Below, one piece after another: positions 1-11,949 of a stretch of DNA of 21,903 nt (its first letter is position 1; each line of letters begins with the position of its first letter). This DNA is from Ginkgo biloba (taxonomy: Eukaryota > Plantae > Ginkgophyta). The stretch is taken from positions 160,332,887 to 160,354,789 of the forward strand of contig JANKJI020000004.1 of assembly GCA_024626585.2 (NCBI GenBank), read 5' to 3'. The notes below the pieces were generated by a model. It did no database searches, was not told where the DNA came from, and saw nothing but the letters and a program-made list of their open reading frames with translations. Position numbers and translations under genes: made by a program.

Positions 1-531
1 CAAGAATTAAAACATAGGAAAAACTCAAACCTGTAAAATTAACTTATCTCATCTTATAAAATATTGTATTCCTTTATGAATTTTGTACGTATCTATACTT
101 TCCTCCTTTCACCTGCCATATTTTTTTGTATGGTATGCTATACTTTCCCTTATTTTCTAGGGTCTAAATTATTCTAGTGATCTACTCTCTCTCTTCCAAA
201 AGTCACATTTTCCCTTGAATTTTCTATGATGTGTATATTCCAACAAACTATTACCTCCTTAAAACCTCCATCTCTTGTTCTTTTTAGGATCAATTTTCCT
301 CACCATGCATTCTTTCGTGAGCGCAGATGCATCATAATAAGAATGCAAGCTTTGATACCATGAAGGGAGGAGAGAGAAAAATATAATAATGTATTCATGC
401 ACTGATATTTTATAATGTGTATATATAGTTTATAAAGTATTAATGGTTTATATTATTAATCATCATATTTGTTAAAGGTAAAACCTAAATAGTAATGAAC
501 ATTATTTTGAACACCACACGTCAATAGAAAT

Positions 532-550
532 TGGTGACCATATTGGGGAC
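532..550 (+). mobile_element. Putative degenerate primer-binding site (tRNA-Arg type, Ogre/Tat-like) of an LTR retrotransposon
   Basis: TGGTGACCATATTGGGGAC resembles the Ogre-type PBS (TGGCGACTC..CTGGGGA, recalled). It lies about 400 bp upstream of a same-strand gag remnant. Several mismatches. Confidence 0.4.
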
Positions 551-960
551 TTCCCAAAAGATTATTGTTCATTAAGGTGAAAATAGAAACCATCAAAGAT
601 ACAACCATAAGGAGGCCATACATGAGGTCTATAAGATATTAAGGCACCATCAAATAGTTCCAACAACCTCCTCAATATAGAAAGAAATGATAACTAGTGT
701 TAAAAAGAGTCCCTTTTGCACCCAAGGTTGTTAAGCTTAATTCTTCTAAAAACCAAGATATAGAGTCTTAATTCCCTAATTCCTAAATGGTCTGAATCCA
801 AATATCATGTGTTTTATACCATATTTGGGACTATCCCAATGACAAAATCCCATTCATTTCCATCAAATTTCACTCATATTTTTCCTCCTTCCTTTCTTCT
901 CAATGCACCAGTACAAATGGCTATGCCCTGGACAACTAGTTTTTCACTAAATATTGGTCA

Positions 961-1343
961 TAACCTTGAAAATATTCCCAATATATATAAGGATTCATGT
1001 CCTAAATTTAAAGGTGATGGCTCAATATCATACGAATAATATGTGAATTATTTTTTGCAATGTGTGTTAATCTTAATATAGTCTCTAAGAATATTGTTGT
1101 GAGGCTATTTATACATAAATTTAAAGTTGAAGCTATGAGATGGTACCAATATTTACCTAATGGGTCTATAAATAATTAGACCACTCTCATATAATATTTT
1201 AAGATCAAGTTCCTCTATGATAAACTAGTTTCCTTATTAATTAAATAATTATCTACCATAAATAAGGGAAACAAGGAGAGTATGAAAGATTATGTATCAA
1301 GGTATGACAAGATATTGAACTCTATTGTGAAAATTTCTAAACC
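961..1343 (+). mobile_element. Degenerate Ty3/Gypsy gag (Retrotrans_gag-like), truncated by assembly gap
   Basis: Manual translation across stops and frameshifts: CPKFKGDGSISYE...EAMRWYQYLPNGSINN*...KGNKESMKDYVSRYDKILNSI. This matches the gag pattern A..WY..LP.GSI..W ... Q...ES...Y..RF. Confidence 0.75.
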
Positions 1344-2157
1344 ANNNNNNNNNNNNNNNNNNNNNNNNNNNNNNNNNNNNNNNNNNNNNNNNNNNNNNNN
1401 NNNNNNNNNNNNNNNNNNNNNNNNNNNNNNNNNNNNNNNNNNNNAAGCCAGTTAACCAACTCATCATTGATACATTTCAAGAACCAAAAACCATGGTGGA
1501 GGAATTAGAAGTGAAGTTTATCATTCAATATAATCCAGCTAAAATAGAGTAGGGCTCTTTGAATGAAATAATTACTTTGTTATTAAATGATATCGATAAG
1601 ATGGATGTCTTTCCTATAGAGGAGAAATTCACATTGGCTATGGAATTCCTAATTGATCTCTCACCCCATGTGCATCTATTGAGATAAAAGGAATTGGATT
1701 TAAAATAAGAACCTCCCCTTCCTCTAAATGTAGAGGCCAAACTAGTTTAGAGAATAGAAGAGGTTTCTCAACTTTAGAAGAAATATGAAGACATAAAGAT
1801 CCATAATAAGAAAAATGTCATGGAAAATATATACCTTGAGATCAAGAAAAAGGATTGGGACATCGATGAAATTATAAATATCATTGGGATGTTGAAATCA
1901 ACCTTGACTAAATTTTTGTCCACCATTAAAGAATAACTAGTCTTAGAAAGATAGAATGTGGATAACATAAAGGGATAAATGATGAAAGGAATTGGCAATG
2001 CCTCAAAATAAGAATAGTTAATGGATCCTTAATTAGTAGAGTTGGTAGTGTTTCATAAACAAATTGCCATAAAGAAGGCAGCATTAGAAAAGGGGAATCA
2101 AGAGATGTCAAAAGTTACCTATTAAAAACAATGGTAAAGTATAGATTTATGTCATAA

Positions 2158-2226
2158 GTTTACCCACAACAGAGGAGTTTCCCCCCACCAAGCAGGTGGC
2201 CATGGGTTACGATGCACTCCTCACAC
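2158..2226 (-). other. 5' end of mitochondrial group II intron nad5 intron 4 (nad5i1872), part of NUMT
   Basis: Minus strand directly after the exon reads GTGTGAGGAGTGCATCG...GCTTGGTGGGGGGAAACTCCTCTGTTGTGGGTAAAC. This is a GUGYG-type group II 5' boundary at the expected exon 4 end. Confidence 0.75.
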
Positions 2227-2621
2227 AATGAATCCACTTTGAAGTTGACTCATTCACTTGGACAATTATCAAAATATGTATGAGATACCATAAGGGACCA
2301 ATATCTCAATAACACCTTTGTCTGAAGCTTTAAATGAGACTTCATATTTGAAATGTAGGAATGATCTAACTATAAAGTCATTCAAAACTTGATCGGAGAA
2401 CCAATGTTTATTTAAGAAGAAATAGAGTTAATTACCAAAAGTACTAGTTTTGAAGGCTCGTTGGAATTGATCCGCTATGATATTAACATAATATTTCACA
2501 AAAGCACCTAAATTTCTTGACATAATAGGTATTAGTTTGATAATGGTTGGAAAAACAAACTCATATCCAACAAGAATCTCATTTTTGGGTAGTATAGAAT
2601 GGGGATTGGCCCAAAAATTGG
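2227..2621 (-). pseudogene. nad5: NUMT: mitochondrial NADH dehydrogenase subunit 5 exon 4 (exon d), decayed
   Basis: 395-nt segment with no frameshift: [127 protein letters not shown]. It is colinear with plant mt Nad5 (NFWANS..LPKNEIL...[52 protein letters not shown]). Four in-frame stops. Confidence 0.93.
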
Positions 2622-2700
2622 ATAGGGGTTCAAGACTGAGCCCATTTGAGGCAGTTTGTTCAAGTTCCCTCTGAACCACATGAAATGGTCACCTATTACA
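2622..2700 (-). other. 3' end (domain V/VI) of mitochondrial group II intron preceding nad5 exon 4, part of NUMT
   Basis: Minus strand TGTAATAGGTGACCATTTCATGTGGTTCAGAGGG...TTGAACCCCTAT|CCAATTTTTGG. Reads as a CpG-decayed domain V (GAGCCGTG...CGCGGTTC.GAGGG), a branch-site-like ACCCCTAT and a terminal AY abutting the exon. The start of domain V is lost in the N-run. Confidence 0.8.
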
Positions 2701-5639
2701 NNNNNNNNNNNNNNNNNNNNNNNNNNCCATATTGGGATTGGGTACCTATTATTCGTTCATTAGTGACGTAGTTTAATGATGCATGCAGGGCATCAATTTA
2801 TTGCGCAAACTTTTGTATGGCGGCTGACATTTTATATAGAGTGGAACCAGCCAACCCACATAAATAAAAGGCTCTGCCAAAAGGGAAGGACCGTCGAAGG
2901 CATTATGTATGGTAGAGTAGAGCCCTTGATAGAGGGATATTTCATTATTTGTAAAGGACCTAATAGAATACTAGGAATCACTCCTCAGCTACAAGTTTTC
3001 ACTGAGAGGGGATTGAAGAACTCCCTTCTATTGAGCCATGTTTAGATGGAATTGGGTACTATGACACATGATTCTTTCCCATCATAACTAATTATGGTCA
3101 GATTGGAAACTTCCAACCTGGATCATTCATAGGGAAATAAACCCAACCCCCACGGACCCTCTTCTATTTAGGGGGGAGGACAACCAGTAGGGTTTCTTTC
3201 TAAAGTTTCCCCCCTAGTGAGGGGGATCCCAAAAGGGGAAAATAAATCTACCTCTTAGAGTGATCCATTTCCCCTTAAATAAATAAATAAAGAAATGAAA
3301 AGAATCACCCTGAATCATTTCATTAATAAGGGGGTCAAAAATCACCCTAAATCATTTCCTAAAGGTCCTCCTGCCCATAGAACCTCAATAAAGGTACTTG
3401 GATTGCTTATTGAGCCCCCATTTTCTTGGTTAATTAGCCATTTTTTCTCAAGAATTAATGATCCCAACCACCTTTCTCACCACCTCATTGGGAGTCGAGG
3501 GTACCACTCTTCACCTTTTGGGTGAGCCACCAAAAAAATAATTTCCCTACCAACCTTTTTTAATTTGATCTCTATATCAGTAAAAAAGGGACAAAAAGAG
3601 GAGAATCTCACTAGAAAAGGTAGTAGGCAACGCCAAAATACCGATCTTCGATCTTNNNNNNNNNNNNNNNNNNNNNNNNNNNNNNNNNNNNNNNNNNNNN
3701 NNNNNNNNNNNNNNNNNNNNNNNNNNNNNNNNNNNNNNNNNNNNNNNNNNNNNNNAGGAAGTGACTTATGTCCTTCCTTGATCACTTTTCCTTCCTAGAT
3801 GCTTTTTGTCTCCTTATTGAACCAAGCACTTTTTCATCTAGGAGAAGGAGATGATTTATTTTTCTCTCTTGGTTATTTTTATTTCCTAGATTATTTTTGT
3901 ATCCTTATTGGTCAATGAACACTTTTTTTTAATCCAAGATAAGGAGGTGAATTTATTCCTTCCTTTATTCGTTTTCCCTCCTTAGTCCTGTAAGGGAGCC
4001 ATTACCCATAATAATAGATAGTTGGTATTTTGACCATAAATTTTGAGGCATAGATTCATTTTTTATTTTATTATGCTCATTTTAAATTTGATAAGGAGGG
4101 ATACAACTTTACTTTATTAAGAATTGGCTGAATCTATATGATTTTTTCTCAAATTTTCTTTAAAGATGACTATTCTAAAAATGATAGAAAATAAGTTATG
4201 ATCCAAAAATGGATTATACATATAAGAAGGAGAATGAATATGTACATACCTTGTTCCTTGTGATCATCCCCTATATATATTTAAAATTCCACCTATTCTA
4301 TCCTTTCATATGAGAAGGACTTAAATTAAGGAGTATGTGATTTATAACATGCATATTATCCATAACCAACCCTTATCATATTTTTTCTAATCTTAGCCTT
4401 TTCTATCCTTATCTTCCCCCATTTTGTTGAATTGGTCTCTTTATAAAAATTTTATCATTATTTGGATTCCTTCCAANNNNNNNNNNNNNNNNNNNNNNNN
4501 NNNNNNNNNNNNNNNNNNNNNNNNNNNGGTCATAGTGTGAGGTCATCAAGAAATATCATACATATCGATATATTTCCCTGGCAGATAAAGTGATCATTTC
4601 TCTACTTGGGATTAGTTCCCCAAAAAAGTGAATTTCCCTTTCATTAGTCATATAACGTGTCTTGAATTGTTTAGGAGAAGATCAAACAACCATGAATCAC
4701 TTGACTCTCAACTTTCTAGGGATTTTTATTCTCTCCCAATATCTACTAATCTATTGACTAACCTTTCCTTGTAACTTTCACTATCATAGGATGGTCAAGG
4801 AATCTATAAATGATCTTGGAGATTATGTGATATTTTAAGGGATCCATAATGTTACTAAATGGGAATTAAAGTATGTGCACTAAAGGAAAGGAAAAAGGGG
4901 GCATTCTTTGTGAAATTGTGTAGTCCTTATGATACCAAGAATATTTAAAAGATCTAGGATGATGCTTAATAAAATAAGGACCCCATAATTCAACTTAATC
5001 CTATTTCATTGACATGTGCCAAGTTAAGCATAAAGGAAAAGGGGTGAGTGAATTATAGTCTCCTAGAAGGTACATCTTCCCTAAATCACTAAGGAAGTCC
5101 TTACATCAACTAGGATGTTATCGAATTCAAGAAGGTCATGACACTCTTCCTAGAAGCTTCTCATCAATATAGGACATCAAAGGAATGGAAACAATTCTAG
5201 GATAAATAAGGGATAGTAGTGCATTCATGGAATTTTAAGGCACACATTAATGAATTGTCTTGTAAAGCATCTCAAGGGTATGCATGGAATCTCATCAAAG
5301 GTATTATGAGGTAATAATTAATTAATTGGGTTATAACAAGTAGCAAAAAGTGATTAAAATTCCCCCGGGGATGAAAAGGAAGCGACCTCCTTCAATTTNN
5401 NNNNNNNNNNNNNNNNNNNNNNNNNNNNNNNNNNNNNNNNNNNNNNNNNNNNNNNNNNNNNNNNNNNNNNNNNNNNNNNNNNNNNNNNNNNNNNNNNNTG
5501 TAATATGATCGCCAAATCCTAGGGTCAAAACTTAGTCAAACTCCAAACATAAAAAAAATAGAAAGAGGAGGATATGATTAATGCAATGGTGCTAAGCTAA
5601 GATAAAATAAAATATGATCCCTTTTTGGATGATGTTAGG

Positions 5640-6854
5640 TATTATCTCATAGAAGGATAATATCTAAATTACCTCAATAATAGTACCAAGAGATATTTAA
5701 AGACAATCTATCTCTTATGTCTTAATACAAGGTGAATTGTATACAAAAGGGGTATGATGGAACTCTTATCTAGTGCTCAAGTATTCAAAAGTGAATTAAA
5801 GTCTTGGATGAGTTTAATGAAGGAATATGTGGTGGGAACTTTTTTGCACTAACTATGATTCATGAAATCATATGTGTAGGATTATTCTAATCTACAATTT
5901 TTAAAGATGCCTTCTAGAAAGTTAAAAGCTGCAAAGAATGACAAAATGTTATAGGAAATAAGAATCTATTGAAAGTTCCTTCAAAACCCATTCATCCTAA
6001 AAGACCATTTGAGTAGCAGGGAATAGAATTTATAGGTCCTATTAATCCTAACTCAAGCTAAGGACATACGTTTATCGTCATTGTCATAGACTATTTTATC
6101 CTATTATCAAAAGTAATTACCTCCAAAAGAGAAACTACAAAAGTGGTGATCAGGTTCATGGAATAGGTTGTCATTCCTTGATTTGGGGTCCCTTCTATCC
6201 TAATATATGATAATGGACTGGATTTCATGTCTAATGATATGATTGATTTTACTAAGAGATATGGGATAATGTTGTTAAATTACTCTAATTATTACCCATA
6301 AGGGAATGGACTGGTTGAATCAACTAATAAAAACTTGATCATAATCCTAAAGAATACCATTAGGAAAATCCAAAGGGACCAGCAAATTAGGAAGATCGGG
6401 TTACTCATAACTCATCTATTGGTTATTCCCCATTCCTGCTAGTATATGGTAAAGAAGTAGCCCCCCTTCTAAGATTTCCTTAACTAAAGTCAAATTGGTA
6501 GAATTCAACATAGATAATTAGTCTCCCATTGAGTAAATATTACAAAGTTTCCCCAACCTCAAGGAAAGAAGGGAAGAATCCTATTAGAAAATCATAAAAT
6601 ACCAAGAAAGGATTAAGTAATATTTCAATAAAAAGGTTGCATGGAATAAAAAAATTTAATTTTGTGATAGAGTCATAATGTGGGAAAAGGAAATAAATAA
6701 TCCATGTGAACATAGGAAGTTTGATTATCTGTGGTTAGGCCCATTCAAAATTTTTGAAGTCATTAGAAAAAATAATTTAAAAATAAGTACTCTTGAAGGT
6801 AACCCTTTTCCCATTCTAATGAATGGGAAATATCTCAAAAAATTCTACACTTAA
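5640..6854 (+). mobile_element. Degenerate Ty3/Gypsy (Tat/Ogre-like) integrase: zinc-binding region, rve core and GPF C-terminus
   Basis: Translation with many stops: EFNEGICGGNF..IFKDAF*KVKSCKE*Q..RPFE*QGIEFIGPINPNSS*GHTFIVIVIDYF..FGVPSILIYDNGLDF..YSNYYP*GNGLVESTNKNLIIILK..KFDYLWLGPFKIFEV..MNGKYLKKFYT*. No chromodomain follows. Confidence 0.93.
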
Positions 6855-7426
6855 AGTTGCCATTTTAATAGCCTATATAAATATTATAAATATTATGTCT
6901 CAATTCTTTTGAATTATTTTCTTATCCATATAATTAATTTATTTTACTAACTTTTCATAACTTGCTTGGGGCAATGCACACCAAGGAGGCCACTTGTTAG
7001 CACTCCATTTTGATCTAGTCAAGGAGGAATATAACAAATGTGGTAACAAGTTCATGACTTAGCAAGGGAACGTATGAATTTATAATACATCAAATAGTTA
7101 TTTACATTAGGTACATCCTGTATTTAAAGTGCCATCGAGCATTTCAACTCATGGACCAGTTACAAGTATAAGAAGATGATCATAAGCTAGAGGAGACCCC
7201 TAAGACCATTGAGCATGAAGATAGCATGATACATAGCCAACTAATCTCCACTTTGGATGAGAGGTAATTACATTATGAATTTCCCTCCTTCTCTGAGGCT
7301 CTGATGGAATCCATCATTTGGTGAGANNNNNNNNNNNNNNNNNNNNNNNNNNNNNNNNNNNNNNNNNNNNNNNNNNNNNNNNNNNNNNNNNNNNNNNNNN
7401 NNNNNNNNNNNNNNNNNNNNNNNNNN

Positions 7427-7590
7427 TTGGGATAAAAATAAACTCGTCGGATTTGAGAAAAACTGACCTCGTCGGATTTGGGAAAAAATCAACCTCGTCA
7501 AATTTAGGGAAAAAAAATCGACTTCGTCGAATTTAAAAAAAAATCAACTTCGTCAGATTTGGAAAAACCAACACGACTTTGTAAATTGAT
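7427..7590. repeat. Minisatellite, about 6 copies of a ~26-bp unit (consensus ~TTTGGGAAAAAATCGACCTCGTCGGA)
   Basis: Units read directly: ttgggataaaaataaactcgtcgga / tttgagaaaaactgacctcgtcgga / tttgggaaaaaatcaacctcgtcaaa / tttagggaaaaaaaatcgacttcgtcgaa / tttaaaaaaaaatcaacttcgtcaga / degenerate sixth. The array abuts a gap. Confidence 0.85.
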
Positions 7591-10284
7591 AGGAAAATTT
7601 GACTAAGTATAACTTTTAAAGTTTATCAACTAATTTATACTTTAAAGACTTTACGTACTACCCCTGCTCTGGGTTGAATGGCGTTGGTCTCAGAAGCCAC
7701 AGACATCCCGTTTGGAAGTTGTATCGAAATATTTTTTTCGGTTATAGAAAAATAGGCAATTTTAGCATTTTTTTGAGCGCTGCTTGGTTGCTTCGTAACT
7801 TTTTATCCACAACTCTATTTTTCGAGTTCTTGATCTCATTTTAAATCCTGTAGCAAAATTCTACAACTTTTTCCCTTTAGACTTTTTGCTAAATTCTGCT
7901 TCAATTTTTTTGTACTTGGACTTCAAGTTAGTTTTTTATTCCAAAATGGTAGAATTGGGCCTTGGACCTGGATCGGGTTGAAAATCTCAAACCATAGCTC
8001 TGTTTCTTATGATGCCAACTTTGTTGCAAAGCTCTCTAGGAAATCTACGACTCTTTCCTTGAGGATTGTCAACTCAAAACAGATTACTTTCTTTCAGATT
8101 TTAACTGCAAGTTGAGACTCCATGAAAAATTGACAAAAATATCACTATGAATTGAAAGGGGAGACTTGGCACCATCCTATCATGGCTGAGTGAACATAAT
8201 TTGGAGTCAACAGTAAGGAGTTTATATTTGTAGCTTTCATATATATTTTAAGATATTCTTTGTATCTAATTTATAGTTTTATCATCTAGAGACATTATTT
8301 TAGGATTTTGTTCCCTTAAAATCCATAAGAACCTAAGGGACCCTCCATAAGTATCTCTTTCAAATTCAAAATAACCTAAATAGGAAATCTTATTTCATTA
8401 TTTGATGTTGTTCTCCCTCCGTAATCCTATAACACTTTATTATCTCTCTTCATTAAGGTCATTAGACATCATTTATGATTATATACACCTCTTTAGAATC
8501 AAGTCTAAGAGGCATGGGAAATATTTAATCATAGCACATTATCTCATTTCATTGTTCATATTTTCATTCTTGATCATTAATTATTTAGAAGGATTAGATC
8601 ATTATTCTTACTTATTATAAGGTAAAACTTCATCAGATCGGCATCACACTTCATTAAGGAATTAATATTTTCCATCTCATGCTTGGGAACTTATTATGAA
8701 GGAAATAAGAGAAGAGGGTTATGCCCATATAGAGTATTAATCATTATTTTGGTTAGGTCATTATATTTATTCCACCTTTCTACCATTTTATCAATTAATA
8801 TCTCATTTTCATTAATTGTACATCCCCATATTCTATCTCAATTATATATCAGTTCATATGTATGCTTTACATTCTTAACATATGAATCTTTATGATAGTG
8901 TTTATGTTTACTTATGGAGTATATATTATGCTTGTATATCTTGTTACACACAATTTGTAGGGTTGACTATAAATCCAAGATTTTTCATCAAGCCATTTAA
9001 GGGTACAAGTACATTCGAGGGAATATTCTTTTTCATAAGGAATTGAACCCCTATTATATGCAAGAAGTGTTATATTTTGTTTATTCCACCAATTACTTCA
9101 TCCTACCTTCATATTTTTCAAGATTAGATTTTGGCATAAATAGAGGTACCATTCCTTTTTAATATCTTAAAAGNNNNNNNNNNNNNNNNNNNNNNNNNNN
9201 NNNNNNNNNNNNNNNNNNNNNNNNNNNNNNNNNNNNNNNNNNNNNNNNNNNNNNNNNNNNNNNNNNNNNNNNNNNNNNNNNNNNNNNNNNNNNNNNNNNN
9301 NNNNNNNNNNNNNNNNNNNNNNNNNNNNNNNNNNNNNNNNNNNNNNNNNNNNNNNNNNNNNNNNNNNNNNNNNNNNNNNNNNNNNNNNNNNNNNNNNNNN
9401 NNNNNNNNNNNNNNNNNNNNNNNNNNNNNNNNNNNNNNNNNNNNNNNNNNNNNNNNNNNNNNNNNNNNNNNNNNNNNNNNNNNNNNNNNNNNNNNNNNNN
9501 NNNNNNNNNNNNNNNNNNNNNNNNNNNNNNNNNNNNNNNNNNNNNNNNNNNNNNNNNNNNNNNNNNNNNNNNNNNNNNNNNNNNNNNNNNNNNNNNNNNN
9601 NNNNNNNNNNNNNNNNNNNNNNNNNNNNNNNNNNNNNNNNNNNNNNNNNNNNNNNNNNNNNNNNNNNNNNNNNNNNNNNNNNNNNNNNNNNNNNNNNNNN
9701 NNNNNNNNNNNNNNNNNNNNNNNNNNNNNNNNNNNNNNNNNNNNNNNNNNNNNNNNNNNNNNNNNNNNNNNNNNNNNNNNNNNNNNNNNNNNNNNNNNNN
9801 NNNNNNNNNNNNNNNNNNNNNNNNNNNNNNNNNNNNNNNNNNNNNNNNNNNNNNNNNNNNNNNNNNNNNNNNNNNNNNNNNNNNNNNNNNNNNNNNNNNN
9901 NNNNNNNNNNNNNNNNNNNNNNNNNNNNNNNNNNNNNNNNNNNNNNNNNNNNNNNNNNNNNNNNNNNNNNNNNNNNNNNNNNNNNNNNNNNNNNNNNNNN
10001 NNNNNNNNNNNNNNNNNNNNNNNNNNNNNNNNNNNNNNNNNNNNNNNNNNNNNNNTACTTAATTAATGACTCTTTGATTAGTCGCCCATAGGACTACTTT
10101 TTTTTCCCAATTGCTTATTGCTCAATCATCTCTTGTTCAACAGCCATAGGTCATGGTGACCTTAATAGAAGGAGAAGTTGATTTCCACTCTAACCCCTTT
10201 AGAGATATTAGTCCCTCTACAAAACTCTAGGAAGTAACTAGGATGTTTTAAGAGCTTGAAGCTCATAAACAACCATCTCTAACA

Positions 10285-10930
10285 ATGAAGAAATCCTCTT
10301 TTTTGATTAAATTAGAAGATAAACTAATATGTAGGATTCTGGTGAAACTATTCAGTAGAAAGATTCAATTTCAAAAAATTAGGTCCTTAATCGAGCCTTT
10401 CTACATGGTCTTTGGACAAACCCTATTAGTCTTAAGACATGGGTGGAAATGTCTTGTTCTCCTTTGGTAAATAAACCAATTGAAGTCTTTGGAGTAGGTC
10501 ATGGGAATCTTGTCTCCATTTTTAGTTCTATAATTGAAAGGGAAACCATTTTTTGTCAAGGACCTTATTTTATGGGAATAAGTGGCCTCTACCTAGTTTA
10601 TTGGCATCCAAATTTCAACCCTCTAATGAAGATTCTATCATACGTTCCTTTATGGGTACAACTACCCTTCCTTCCCTTATATCTATAGGATGAAGAAATT
10701 ATCAAAATGATTGGTAACCAACTTAATACGTTATCAAAGTTGGTGAAAAGTTAATGAATTTAGTGGTAATAACACATATATACATTAAAGTAGACTGGAT
10801 AGTGGGGTTTCTTGACTCCATCCTATTATAAATTAGAATATACCTTCTAGATTAAAAAATATACTATGAATCTCTACTATTCAACTATGAATGATGTCAT
10901 GTATATGAGCATTTTGATAGAGATTGCACA
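10285..10930 (+). mobile_element. Degenerate plant L1-clade LINE ORF1 (DUF4283 plus zinc knuckle)
   Basis: IFCQGPYFMGISGLYLVYWHPNFNP..VPLWVQLPFLPLYL*DEEIIKMIGNQL is a typical DUF4283 C-terminus. It is followed by YESLLFNYE*CHVYEHFDRDC, a decayed zf-CCHC of the YE.LP..C..C...GH...C type. Confidence 0.85.
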
Positions 10931-11949
10931 AAAATTTTGAACCCAAAAAATCAGCCCCAAAAAGGGAATAATGGGGAGTTTTAGGTAGTAAAGTGGAGAA
11001 AATACCAAAAGGACAAACTCTCACCCTCTTTTCAAGTGAGGAACAACATGAACCTATTAGATCCAACTAGTTTAAGTTCTAGAGTTAGATTCCCAAAAAT
11101 GATAACTTTGTTGTATAGGAGACTACAATCAACTCAAGAACTAACTCCATAGAATGATATCTTACTGAGAATAATGTCTTGGAAGGATATAATATAGTGG
11201 TAAATAGAGGTCTAAAAAGTTTTATAGTAGGACCTATCACTACTAGGATAGGAGAGGGAAATAAAGTGGAAAGGAAAATCAATATAAAGATCATGTCAAC
11301 CAAGGAAGTAGTCATTTATATAAGTAATAATTCCTACAAATCCATCCCATTAAGAAAAAAAGGCTTGACACTATCCCCAAATAAATATATTCATTAGGTG
11401 GATGAAGTATATTTCCCTCATCTTTCTCTAGAGATAGTTTCATATGGTGTATAATCTTCCTTTANNNNNNNNNNNNNNNNNNNNNNNNNNNNNNNNNNNN
11501 NNNNNNNNNNNNNNNNNNNNNNNNNNNNNNNNNNNNNNNNNNNNNNNNNNNNNNNNNNNNNNNNGTTTTGTATTGGTGGTACAAGGTTTTCAAATGTGAT
11601 TATAATATAGAGATGTAATTGTTGAATTGTGTTACTTGGTAAATATTGAATATCACATAACATTGAAATGGAATATTCTATGTTATGAATATAAAATATG
11701 CAATGTGGAGTATTTCATACAAAACATTAAAAGAAATTGATGACTTACACAATAAAGTAGTGTGAAAGTATTCAACACATAGTTCATAGCATATGGAATT
11801 TTATATATTTCATATTGACATATATAAATATTAAAAATAAGTAGTGAATCATGTTGAAGGACACACTAAATGAAGTGAAAGGTATTAGCTCTATAAAATA
11901 GGTGGAGGATTGGTTTATAGTAGTCATTAAATGGATTGCATATGATGGT

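Noticed and set aside
2428-2679. Functional nuclear-transferred nad5 ORF
   Set aside because: The ORF begins in intron sequence, the exon has four stops, and there are no other exons or targeting peptide.
3160-3240. G/C runs as polypurine tract or hairpin (AGGGGGGAGG; CCCCCCTAGTGAGGGGG)
   Set aside because: No TG LTR start follows and no paired LTR is identifiable in the window. Probably generic LTR-internal sequence.
4530-4700. Minus-strand MIFLDDLTL and KQFKT, resembling reverse transcriptase motifs
   Set aside because: The intervening MPFGL.NA motif is not recognisable, and the strand is opposite to the flanking gag and INT. Too weak to call.
7427-7590. CRISPR-like appearance of repeated units
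   Set aside because: Head-to-tail degenerate units without unique spacers, no cas genes, eukaryotic context.
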